IMG/VR virus record: IMGVR_UViG_3300038393_001401 | Length of the DNA: 64,000 nt | Reading direction: 5' to 3' (one strand) | Source: a virus | Shown: in pieces, positions 49,678 to 58,510 of the stretch | How the letters are laid out: every line of letters starts with the position of its first letter | Numbering within the stretch: position 1 is the first letter of the stretch | The notes under the pieces: generated by a model | Seen by the model: the letters and a program-made list of their open reading frames with translations, nothing else | The model's database searches: none | Told to the model about the DNA's origin: nothing | Translations under genes and position numbers: made by a program

Positions 49678-50627
49678 TGTATGATCTTTATACCGTTGAC
49701 GACTGCATGGAGAGCATGCTGCACAGCCTAAGAAATGGCAAGGTTAAAGGTAGTACCACATACATTCAAGACTTCGATAATAGTTGGAAATGGAGAATGG
49801 GTGAGGTGAACATATGGACCGGCTACAATAATGAGGGAAAATCTCAATTCTTGATCTTCCTGGCATTGTTAAAGGTTTTGAAAGAGGGTAGAAAATTCAT
49901 TTTCTATTCACCCGAAAACTACCCACCTGATGAATTTTTTGATGACATGATCCATACAATATCTGGACGTACAACAGATAAGGATTTCCCAGGGTGCATT
50001 GATGAGGAGACGTATGTTGATTTAGCTGAATTGCTTACCAATAATATACACTTTCTCTATCTTAAACCAGAGAACTCTACGCTTAAAAATATACTATCGG
50101 CCATGAAAGAAATGCACGATATCCACGGATATTTTGCAGGAATAATAGATCCATGGTTAAAGGTTAGGCGAGAGGATAATGGATTACGTGAGGATATTTA
50201 CGCCTCAGAAGTTGGCGCGACGCTAACGGATTTTGCCAGGACAAATGACATGTCAATGCATCTTGTTATGCACCAGACTACACCTGTTCCTGATGATTCA
50301 GGTAATTACCCAAAGCCGGATTTATATCGTATTAAAGGTGGTGGTGCTTACGCAGACGGAGTAGATAACGTTCTGTATGCACACCGCGAATTTAGACGAA
50401 CTGACCCGAAGAACACAGATGTAACACTAGGAGCCGATAAAATAAAGAAGCAGAAGCTAGTCGGAGTGCCTGGCAACCCGTGTACACTTAAGTTCAACAG
50501 GAGAACAAATAGGTACACTGATATCCACGATAATGACTTTATAGACTTTGGTGAGTTTATTAGATCGTCATCACAGGTAATATCAAGCAGATCACCGTTG
50601 ATAGATTGGAGTAGACAAGATATTTAA
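49677..50627 (+). CDS. DnaB-like/RecA-superfamily helicase ATPase domain protein
   Basis: Walker A TGYNNEGKSQF, Walker-B-like MHLVMHQT, and an H4-like IKGGGAYADGVDNVLYAHRE. Confidence 0.45.
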   Translation: MYDLYTVDDCMESMLHSLRNGKVKGSTTYIQDFDNSWKWRMGEVNIWTGYNNEGKSQFLIFLALLKVLKEGRKFIFYSPENYPPDEFFDDMIHTISGRTTDKDFPGCIDEETYVDLAELLTNNIHFLYLKPENSTLKNILSAMKEMHDIHGYFAGIIDPWLKVRREDNGLREDIYASEVGATLTDFARTNDMSMHLVMHQTTPVPDDSGNYPKPDLYRIKGGGAYADGVDNVLYAHREFRRTDPKNTDVTLGADKIKKQKLVGVPGNPCTLKFNRRTNRYTDIHDNDFIDFGEFIRSSSQVISSRSPLIDWSRQDI

Positions 50628-50685
50628 CAGGAAAGTTTGCATATTACAAATTTATTAGTAATTTTACGTAACAAATTAATAGAAT

Positions 50686-51078
50686 ATGAAGGGAATAAAC
50701 AAAGCAATCTTATTGGGTATTGTCGGTCAGGATGTTGAGTTCAAGAATGTGAGCGACAATTTCTCAGTTGCTAACTTCTCACTTGCCACCACAAGGTCTT
50801 ATAAAGATAAAAGTGGTGACTGGGTTGACAAAACCGAGTGGCATAACATTGTATGCTACAATAAGATGGCAGAGATTGCTCAGAAAGCAGTAACAAAAGG
50901 CTCTAAGATTTATGTTGAAGGCCAAATTGAAACAAAGTCTTGGGATAAAGACGGCGTTAAACAGTACCGCACCGAAATTAATGCAGATACAATATCTGTG
51001 ATTGCTAAAAAAGGTGACGGTGCTTCCACAGGTAATGACCAGATTGGTGATGATGACTCGGATGACTTGCCGTTTTAA
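50686..51078 (+). CDS. ssb: single-stranded DNA-binding protein
   Basis: OB-fold SSB pattern (ILLGIVGQD, WHNIVCYNKMAE) and acidic C-terminal tail DDDSDDLPF. Confidence 0.85.
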   Translation: MKGINKAILLGIVGQDVEFKNVSDNFSVANFSLATTRSYKDKSGDWVDKTEWHNIVCYNKMAEIAQKAVTKGSKIYVEGQIETKSWDKDGVKQYRTEINADTISVIAKKGDGASTGNDQIGDDDSDDLPF

Positions 51079-51142
51079 CCAGTAGGTAAACCACATTAAA
51101 CCCAACGTCCTTAATGTGTTCCATAGATAGATAGGTTTTTAT

Positions 51143-51176
51143 GGGGGCTTAGTTGGGTCATGCCCCCTATTTTTAT
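51143..51176 (+). terminator. rho-independent terminator after ssb
   Basis: GGGGGC-13 nt-GCCCCC followed by a T-run. Confidence 0.45.
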
Positions 51177-51177
51177 T

Positions 51178-51459
51178 ATGAAAGTTATACGATTAGTATG
51201 CTTTGAGTTTGACGTAGATGTAGATGATCTGTTTAAACTCAAAATATCGAATAACGCCTCAGTCGCCAGGAAAACAATTGTATACATTCTATATCGTGAT
51301 CGTACCCCTACAACGATAAAGGATATGCTAGGATTAAGTCACATGCAAACTGTTTACAATTCGGTTAGCTGGGTTCGCGACCAGATGGCGCTAGATAAAA
51401 AGTACAAAAAGAAAGTAGAAAAAATAATACAGGAATTAAAAGATGAAGGTAAACTTTAA
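51178..51459 (+). CDS. small DnaA-C-terminal-like HTH protein (start trimmed)
   Basis: TIKDMLGLSHMQTVYNSVSWVR resembles the DnaA domain IV HTH. Start moved to MKVIRL to clear the terminator. Confidence 0.3.
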   Translation: MKVIRLVCFEFDVDVDDLFKLKISNNASVARKTIVYILYRDRTPTTIKDMLGLSHMQTVYNSVSWVRDQMALDKKYKKKVEKIIQELKDEGKL

Positions 51460-51874
51460 GAAGTTAAGCCATGGTGTACCAACCCCTAAGTACGCAAGGC
51501 CAGGTGATGCCTGTATAGATCTTACGGCTATAGCTGTAGAGACTAATACAGAGCATGACTACATAGAATACAGAACCGGATTGGCGGTAGAAATACCGGA
51601 AGGTTATGTAGGCTTGATATACCCGCGCTCATCCATTACAAATCACTTCCTGATGATGAAAAATTCAGTAGGTGTGATTGATTCTGGCTATCGCGGAGAG
51701 CTAAAGGTTAGGTTTCAGAGTATGTTCCCTGGTCTGGATGAAAACATTTATGTCATCGGTGACCGGATTGCACAACTTTTGATTTTGCCTATACCTGAGA
51801 TTGAAATTGAAATTGTTGACGAGCTATCTGAATCGGTGCGGGGGACCGGTGGTTATGGAAGTTCAGGGCGGTGA
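51443..51874 (+). CDS. dut: dUTP diphosphatase
   Basis: All five dUTPase motifs in order: CIDLTA, PRSS, GVIDSGYRGEL, GDRIAQL, RGTGGYGSSG. Confidence 0.85.
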   Translation: MKVNFKKLSHGVPTPKYARPGDACIDLTAIAVETNTEHDYIEYRTGLAVEIPEGYVGLIYPRSSITNHFLMMKNSVGVIDSGYRGELKVRFQSMFPGLDENIYVIGDRIAQLLILPIPEIEIEIVDELSESVRGTGGYGSSGR

Positions 51875-52190
51875 GATAAGGAAATATTTTAGACTTGATA
51901 TCCCAGAAATTACTCGTGTATTCCCAATGTGGCAATTAAAGGCTGACCTGGATGACGAGCATGTGCAGATAGACCTGCATGATTATGACGACCCAGAGCC
52001 ACTCACTATTTACAGTATAGGCGGGAGCATGTTTGAAGTCCTTGAGATAATTGACTCACATGAGAGTAAGGGTGTGTGGGATCAACAAGAAACAATCCCA
52101 ACCTGGTATCGTGTGCTGTGCCGCAGAGTATGGTACACCCAGAAATACTATGAGGGTTTAAGTGATAACGAAATATTTGTGGAGGTGTAA
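51801..52190 (+). CDS. hypothetical protein
   Basis: 129-aa ORF overlapping the dut end. Confidence 0.3.
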   Translation: MKLKLLTSYLNRCGGPVVMEVQGGEIRKYFRLDIPEITRVFPMWQLKADLDDEHVQIDLHDYDDPEPLTIYSIGGSMFEVLEIIDSHESKGVWDQQETIPTWYRVLCRRVWYTQKYYEGLSDNEIFVEV

Positions 52191-52398
52191 TGACAGGATT
52201 TTTAAGACAAGACAACGATTGCCGTTGGTATTTCATACCGACAAAAGAAATTGATGGGTTTGATGACCTACAATGCCACATGGATCAAATAAATACATAT
52301 TCAGAGGCGTGGGAGGATTTAAATGAGGAATTTACTGATAAGTACTCACAGTATATTATCGATTCACCATTCAGTTTAAAACTTAAACAGGTTGCAGC

Positions 52399-53250
52399 AT
52401 GAGTGAAACAAACCAGATAATACGTGATGATGAAACTTATTACGCAATTAAAGATCGTTTATCTCCGAGTGGCCTTAAGTTTCTTAATATCCACCCACGA
52501 GCATACCAGGAGTATCTTACAAAAGGTGTCGAACGCTCGATCCACATCGATAAGGGGAAATTATATCACGCGCTTCTAAATGAGCCGCACATGGTAGAAA
52601 AGCTGTATACATTCCTACCAAAAGACAAACTTCCGTTTCCCGATAAAGATTTCAGGGTCAAAGCAAACCGTGAGTACCGAGACGATTTTCTTGAAAAACA
52701 CAAAGACAAGACTGTGTTTGACAAAGAGGAAGATTACGAGAACGCAGTAAACCTTACCAAAGAAATACATCGAAACCCGATCATTAAGAACTTACTTGAT
52801 GGTTGTGAGGCTGAGGTGGGTATGACGTGGGAACATTTCGAAACGGGTGTACCATTGAAAGGTAAGACAGATGTGTTTAAGTCCCAAAAGAAAGGAAGAT
52901 CATTCCTTCTCGATATTAAAAAATTGCCGGAGATAACACCCAAAAAAGTGAGGGGCTATTTACAGGATCGTTTTATACACTCGCAATTGGCGGTGTATGC
53001 AGATGGATTACGTGAACATGGCTTATGCGACCCTGATGATTTCTATATCCTGGCTATCCAGGACAAACCTGCAGATTACGCTATTTACCGTGTAAACGAA
53101 TTTATCGAAGATGGTTACGACGAATTTATTCGCCTGGCTTTTCTTTACAAAAACTGTATGGACTCTGGGATTTGGAGTGGCTACGAAATGTATGGTGATG
53201 ATAACGGAATTATTGATTTAGCGCCGTATGGCAGAAAGGATGCAGTATGA
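52399..53250 (+). CDS. PD-(D/E)xK RecB-family exonuclease (YqaJ/lambda Exo/Cas4-like)
   Basis: E...GKTDVF...LLDIKK...QLAVYA reproduces motifs I, II, III and QxxxY of the family. Confidence 0.5.
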   Translation: MSETNQIIRDDETYYAIKDRLSPSGLKFLNIHPRAYQEYLTKGVERSIHIDKGKLYHALLNEPHMVEKLYTFLPKDKLPFPDKDFRVKANREYRDDFLEKHKDKTVFDKEEDYENAVNLTKEIHRNPIIKNLLDGCEAEVGMTWEHFETGVPLKGKTDVFKSQKKGRSFLLDIKKLPEITPKKVRGYLQDRFIHSQLAVYADGLREHGLCDPDDFYILAIQDKPADYAIYRVNEFIEDGYDEFIRLAFLYKNCMDSGIWSGYEMYGDDNGIIDLAPYGRKDAV

Positions 53251-53357
53251 TCGAAATAGGAGAAAGATTACAAACGGTCTTATGTGAACTCATAGGATGT
53301 ACAGCATTCGTGATTTGGTTTTATTGTATAGTAAGAGGCAGTAATTGCGACGACTAA

Positions 53358-54281
53358 ATGCCTAGGGACGTTAAAAAGATAACGTCAATGGTTGATATTG
53401 TTGAGGTTATCAATGAACATATTCCGCTAAAAAAACGAGGCGGAAAACATATGGGTGTATGCCCGTTCCATGACGATCACAAGTCAAGCTTAATGGTCAG
53501 TAAGTCGAAGCAGATATTCAAATGCTTTGCATGTGGTGCCGGTGGTGACGTGATTGATTTTTTCATCAGGTTGGGATATGACTTTAACGATGCAATAAAT
53601 ATGGTAGAAAATCGAAAAAAATCCGATTTGATACCCAAGAAATTACATATAGTTAGAGATAAGCCTACCTGGACTCAGGTTAGATACCCAACACATTTTC
53701 CAAAAACCATACGCCATTACGAATACGGGAAACCAACTTACGTATGGGGTTACCATAATCCAGACGGTAAACCAATGGCGTACGTCTGCAGATTTGATAG
53801 ACCAGATGGCAAAGAGATTGTTCCTTATGTATTTGCAAGAAATGATAATGGTGTAATGCAGTGGCGTTGGATGGGCTTTGAGAGGCCACGCCCGATGTAC
53901 AACCTGCATGAGATTATTAATAATCCAAACAAACCAATAGCACTTGTCGAGGGCGAGAAAGCTGCGGAAGCAGGTAGGGTGCTACTACCAAACATGGTTG
54001 TATCGTGTTGGCAGGGCGGCGCTGAGGCTGTAAGATATACTGACTTCTCCCCTCTTAGTGGACGGACAGTTCTCTTTATCCCAGATAATGATGAACCTGG
54101 CTACAAAGCAATGTCTACAATAAACGAGATGGTTGATACAAAAGAATCATACTTTTTAGACGTGTCAGAGAAGCCTATACATTGGGATGTTGCAGACGAG
54201 CCGTCGTGGACACCAAGGGAAATGCGCGACTTCCTGAAAAAAAATACGCGCAAAGTAAATGAATTAAAAACAGCAGCATGA
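53358..54281 (+). CDS. dnaG: DnaG-type DNA primase (CHC2 zinc finger plus TOPRIM)
   Basis: CPFHDDHKSSL...CFACGAGGDVIDF zinc finger. TOPRIM motifs LVEGEKAAEAG and IPDNDEPG. Confidence 0.8.
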   Translation: MPRDVKKITSMVDIVEVINEHIPLKKRGGKHMGVCPFHDDHKSSLMVSKSKQIFKCFACGAGGDVIDFFIRLGYDFNDAINMVENRKKSDLIPKKLHIVRDKPTWTQVRYPTHFPKTIRHYEYGKPTYVWGYHNPDGKPMAYVCRFDRPDGKEIVPYVFARNDNGVMQWRWMGFERPRPMYNLHEIINNPNKPIALVEGEKAAEAGRVLLPNMVVSCWQGGAEAVRYTDFSPLSGRTVLFIPDNDEPGYKAMSTINEMVDTKESYFLDVSEKPIHWDVADEPSWTPREMRDFLKKNTRKVNELKTAA

Positions 54282-54380
54282 AAACACTTTACCAATATTG
54301 CGACGCATGTAAGAAGGAAAGAAACTTCAACATAACAGCAGATGAAATAACCTGTAAGTCATGCGGTAAAAAGCACAAGT

Positions 54381-54830
54381 ATGATAAAAAGAATTGAAGG
54401 GGATGCATACCTTGTCATTAAGGACGGCAAAATAAGGGATTTGTATCAAGGTACTAATGCTTGGGATAATGCCAGGAGAAGGGCTGATGAACTAGATATT
54501 CCAGGAAACGAAGATCATATCCTTATAGTAAAAGTTATGTATGGTAAGGATGGCTTGGTTGAACCACCTGTAAAACCCCGAAAAAAATTAGTAGTAGATG
54601 ATCTAATAGATAGACCTTCTTTTAGTGATCGTTTGCGGTCTATAGACCAGGAGCGACAAAGACAAAGTGGTGGACTTGCCGAAGAAGTAAGAACTGGTGG
54701 TCAGGTAATTACATACCAGCCGATCCCTATGGGAGAAAGATTACATGAGTCACTTGATCAACTGTTAAGAACAAGTGAAATAATAAGGTCAACACCACTT
54801 ACAGATGACCTTCCAGATATCGATTTTTAA
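54381..54830 (+). CDS. hypothetical protein
   Basis: 149-aa ORF. Confidence 0.35.
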   Translation: MIKRIEGDAYLVIKDGKIRDLYQGTNAWDNARRRADELDIPGNEDHILIVKVMYGKDGLVEPPVKPRKKLVVDDLIDRPSFSDRLRSIDQERQRQSGGLAEEVRTGGQVITYQPIPMGERLHESLDQLLRTSEIIRSTPLTDDLPDIDF

Positions 54831-54913
54831 TGCATAAAACTTTTTGAAAAGACATTGATATTTGTTATATGTTTGTAATATATAAACAAAGTTATTGATC
54901 TTTTTTAATTGGT

Positions 54914-55171
54914 GTGGTGAGCGTGAGTGATGATGAAAGAATCGGTGAAATACTGATTAAGTTAACTAAGATCAGCGAGGTCTTAAAGGGTGATGATGAG
55001 TTCGGTACTGACGGTGGATTAATAGGCCGTATTAAACAGCACGACGACAGGTTAACAATATTAGAGAAGTTTAAGGATCGTACTGTATTCATTGTAGGCA
55101 CATTATTGATACCTGCTGTGCCTGGATTGATCACACTCTTTAACCTCGTAAAAGATTGGGTTAAGAAATAA
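54914..55171 (+). CDS. small protein with C-terminal TM (holin/antiholin candidate)
   Basis: 85 aa with a single hydrophobic helix near the C-terminus. Directly upstream of the endolysin. Confidence 0.3.
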   Translation: MVSVSDDERIGEILIKLTKISEVLKGDDEFGTDGGLIGRIKQHDDRLTILEKFKDRTVFIVGTLLIPAVPGLITLFNLVKDWVKK

Positions 55172-55182
55172 GTGAGGGTGAT

Positions 55183-55710
55183 ATGAGCGTAGAGGATACT
55201 ATAGTAAGCATAGCGAGGAGCTATATTGGTGAGCAGGAAGTGCAACCGAATCAAAGTTTTAAAGATCCGGTCTTCTTGAAAAAGATGCTCGGTGTTGGTT
55301 GGTATAAAGGTGCATCATGGTGCTCATTCTTTGCCAAGTTGGTTTGGAAAGAGGCGTATACCAAACTAGGTAGCCTAACAAACGCCTCACTAGTAAACAG
55401 ATATGCAAGCGGGAGTTCCCGTGAAACATGGAATAATTTCAGGGCTTCAAAAGAATTTAAGACAAGTACCACAGTTCCAAAAGTCGGTGCGATAGTGATA
55501 TGGCAGGAAGGCGACAGCCTTACTAACGGCCATGTCGGAATAGTCACAGCAGTTAACGGCAATACATTTTCATCTGTTGAGGGTAATACCAACGCTGATG
55601 GAAGTCGTAATGGATATGAAGTCGCAGAGCACACTACACATAAAGTAGGGTTACCCCATTCTGTAAATGGCTTAAATATATTAGGGTTTGTCTACCCAAT
55701 TGAGGTTTAA
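55183..55710 (+). CDS. CHAP-domain peptidoglycan hydrolase (endolysin)
   Basis: Cys in GASWCSFF and His in NGHVGIV about 90 aa apart, as in CHAP/NlpC-P60 amidases. Confidence 0.55.
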   Translation: MSVEDTIVSIARSYIGEQEVQPNQSFKDPVFLKKMLGVGWYKGASWCSFFAKLVWKEAYTKLGSLTNASLVNRYASGSSRETWNNFRASKEFKTSTTVPKVGAIVIWQEGDSLTNGHVGIVTAVNGNTFSSVEGNTNADGSRNGYEVAEHTTHKVGLPHSVNGLNILGFVYPIEV

Positions 55711-55736
55711 TAAGCAATAAATTAATAGATAAACAA

Positions 55737-56012
55737 ATGAATAAAATTAAAGAATTATGGCACAGGTTGGTGTTCGAAGATACGCCGAAGTTCCAAAAGT
55801 GGTTTCGAAACCTGTGGCTAGGTATAAGCGGAAGCGCAGGCTCAATTATGGCAGCCGTTGATAAATGGCCGAATGCATTTGATCCTATGATAGCAAAGAT
55901 ATGTGGTTACATTATGATAGGTGGTATCGTTGGAGCCTTGACTGCACAGTCGGCAAAAAAAGATACGCCTATACCTGATAATGGAGGTGGTGATGTACCG
56001 GCGCAGTCTTAA
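55737..56012 (+). CDS. two-TM holin candidate
   Basis: 91 aa with two hydrophobic helices and a charged C-terminus. Confidence 0.4.
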   Translation: MNKIKELWHRLVFEDTPKFQKWFRNLWLGISGSAGSIMAAVDKWPNAFDPMIAKICGYIMIGGIVGALTAQSAKKDTPIPDNGGGDVPAQS

Positions 56013-56535
56013 GTTAACACTTGGCTACATGATAAGCGTAGCCCTATTCTCCGTAATAATTGGTTGCGGAAAAGTAAGGACAATTGTCAAGACACACATC
56101 GATTCCACATCAACAGTAAAGGCGAAAACACGTATTGACTCTACCGGTAACCGAAAGCTTGATATCGATAGCTTGAAGTTATACGAGCAAATGTTTCACG
56201 GTTTAAAATATTCACACCGTACAATAGTCGTATATGATACAACTCATAAGGTTCTTCCAGGAGAGCAGCAGCGAAAGATTAGTGAGACCACGTTTGATAA
56301 TGGAATCGAGTCAACAGCTAAAACTGGACTTTCAATTAACTATCGGGCAAATGAAATTGATTCTTCTCACACCAATAGGTATGAAGATCAATCAATAGTA
56401 TCGCACGTAAAGAAATACGTGCATGATAAGAGTGTAAAAACGGGATTCAGCCTACCATGGCAAGCCTGGTGTCTTATAGGATTACTATTGGTCGTCGCCG
56501 GGGTTATCTGGTACCTTAAGAAATTTATACCATAA
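55981..56535 (+). CDS. unimolecular-spanin-like protein (N-terminal lipoprotein signal plus C-terminal TM)
   Basis: N-terminal VALFSVIIGCG lipobox-like sequence. C-terminal WCLIGLLLVVAGVIWYL TM. Ends the lysis cluster. Confidence 0.3.
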   Translation: MEVVMYRRSLKLTLGYMISVALFSVIIGCGKVRTIVKTHIDSTSTVKAKTRIDSTGNRKLDIDSLKLYEQMFHGLKYSHRTIVVYDTTHKVLPGEQQRKISETTFDNGIESTAKTGLSINYRANEIDSSHTNRYEDQSIVSHVKKYVHDKSVKTGFSLPWQAWCLIGLLLVVAGVIWYLKKFIP

Positions 56536-56539
56536 TTAT

Positions 56540-56987
56540 TATATTTGGGTGGTTGCACCCTGGAAGGAGTCTGGTAGTAATATCAGGCTCTTTTTTATTT
56601 CCACAATAGCTTGTAATAAAACATGGCTTTGTAAAATTCCCTACCAATCAATCTATTACACTTTCTACCAGTTGATTTTCAGTCACTTAACTATACCGAT
56701 AGTTTTCCTGCATGGATTAATTACCTGTAATATTTAACTCTGAGACAATTACATCTATTACACATTTTAATCTATTATAAATCAATACATTACAATTCTT
56801 TTCCTGCTATTTTATTGCAATTATTTTGTAATAACTATGAATTATTTATACCTTTATTCTGTAATAATTTAAATATTATCACAAATAATCATAGGATGTA
56901 ACAACCAATTCTACCAGTTTTCTCTACCAAGAATTTGCGTTACGCGAAGTGTGAAACTAATTTTAGAAATTAAAAGTATTAAAAAAG
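56540..56987. promoter_or_regulatory. attP candidate region (AT-rich, repeated CTACCAGTT and TTGTAATAA-type arm-site-like repeats)
   Basis: 450-nt noncoding stretch immediately 5' of the integrase. CTACCAGTT at about 56657, 56907 and 56921, with ATTACA-type repeats. Confidence 0.35.
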
Positions 56988-58133
56988 ATGGCATTTGTTT
57001 ATGTGTATTTAAGAGCCGATAGACCAAAGAATGGATTGGTTCCGGTTCAGATTAAGGTTGAGGAAAAGGGTAAGAAACCATACTACCACAAGATTAGTAA
57101 TGTAATGGTTGACGCTTCGATGTGGGATGCTAAATCATTTAGTGTTTCCAGCGAACATTTTAACGCTACGCTAATTAACAGGAAGATTAAAAGTGAGAAG
57201 CTAAAAATAGAGTCCATGCTTCTACAGATGGATAGTGCGGGGATACCTTACAGTAAAGAGTATCTCGATAAAAAGATGAACGGGTATGACGAGCATAACG
57301 TGTATGACTTCTGGCAGAACGTTATTGACAACCGTAGGGGAACTATCACAGATGGAACAATCGCTACATACCAGGCCGACCTAAACAAGACAAAGGAGTT
57401 TGCGCCTGTACTGTACTTCGGGGACGTTACACTTGATTTTCTTGAACGATATGAAGCGTGGATGCGTAAGACAAAGAAGAATAAGCCTAATTCTATCGGT
57501 AAGACTATGAAGAAGTTTAACTACATAATTGATAGGGCTAATGAATCACTTGGATTAAAGATCAATGCATTTGAGAAATACAAGAAGCCATACGAGTACG
57601 TTCACAGAAATTCATTTGAGATGTCTACAATAGATAAACTTTTAGAGCTTTTATACAGCGAAAGGCTTCAAAAGAAATATCACGATACCCTGGCAATATT
57701 CTGCCTTCAGTGCCTTACTGGTCTAAGGTTTAGTGATGCTGTTAGGTTTAATAAGGATGAGTTTGTTATTCGTGGTAACATTATAGTCAACACAGAGAAA
57801 ACTGGCGAGCCGGTTTATATACCGATCATCGGTAGACTTAAAGAGTTATTAGAGTACCAGGATTATAAATTTCACCACATGGAACTTCAGACGGCCAACG
57901 ATCGTCTTAAATTTATTGGGAAGGAAGTTAAGTTACCATTCAGCTTATCCACACACATAGGTGTTCATAGCTTTTGTGTTACCGCTCTCGATCTTGGAAT
58001 ACCACTTGAGGTCATAAGTAAGATCAGGGGTCACCAAGACCTTAGAACAACTCAGATATACGCTAAGGTTAAAAATAATTTAATTGAGAGAGAGATGCAG
58101 AAGTGGGATACACCACGAACCGTACTTAAATAA
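56988..58133 (+). CDS. int: tyrosine site-specific integrase
   Basis: GLRFSDAVRF (box I Arg), VHSFCVTALDLG and GHQDLRTTQIYAKV (box II His/Arg/Tyr). 381 aa with an N-terminal SAM-like domain. Confidence 0.85.
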   Translation: MAFVYVYLRADRPKNGLVPVQIKVEEKGKKPYYHKISNVMVDASMWDAKSFSVSSEHFNATLINRKIKSEKLKIESMLLQMDSAGIPYSKEYLDKKMNGYDEHNVYDFWQNVIDNRRGTITDGTIATYQADLNKTKEFAPVLYFGDVTLDFLERYEAWMRKTKKNKPNSIGKTMKKFNYIIDRANESLGLKINAFEKYKKPYEYVHRNSFEMSTIDKLLELLYSERLQKKYHDTLAIFCLQCLTGLRFSDAVRFNKDEFVIRGNIIVNTEKTGEPVYIPIIGRLKELLEYQDYKFHHMELQTANDRLKFIGKEVKLPFSLSTHIGVHSFCVTALDLGIPLEVISKIRGHQDLRTTQIYAKVKNNLIEREMQKWDTPRTVLK

Positions 58134-58134
58134 A

Positions 58135-58165
58135 GAAGGGGAGTTTAGTGCTCCCCTCTATTTTT
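58135..58165. terminator. bidirectional terminator between int and convergent minus-strand genes
   Basis: GGGGAG-loop-CTCCCC flanked by T-runs on both strands. Confidence 0.5.
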
Positions 58166-58449
58166 TATTCGATTACTTCCAGTATTCTACCCTTCCATAA
58201 TACCGTAAACCCTTCACGGTCTTTTACGAAAGCCTTTAATGTATCCTTATCTGTCTGATCGAGCGTAAGCTGACCTGATTTGCGCAATTCTAATGCCCAG
58301 TCAAAGTATTTAACAGGGTCCTTAGTTGATGCCAACATCAATGCGTCAGACAATTGCTTACTCAACAGTATAGGCTTCTCACCTTCCTTAACCTCTACCC
58401 CATCCGCATCTAAAAACGGAATCTTAAAATCTAATTTTTTAATAGCCAT
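58165..58449 (-). CDS. hypothetical protein
   Basis: 94-aa ORF at the distal end of the minus-strand fibre operon. Confidence 0.35.
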   Translation of the reverse strand: MAIKKLDFKIPFLDADGVEVKEGEKPILLSKQLSDALMLASTKDPVKYFDWALELRKSGQLTLDQTDKDTLKAFVKDREGFTVLWKGRILEVIE

Positions 58450-58510
58450 ATCTTTATTTTAAAGATATAAATTTACAAATAAATTAGTAATATTACAACT
58501 TTTCCTTCAC

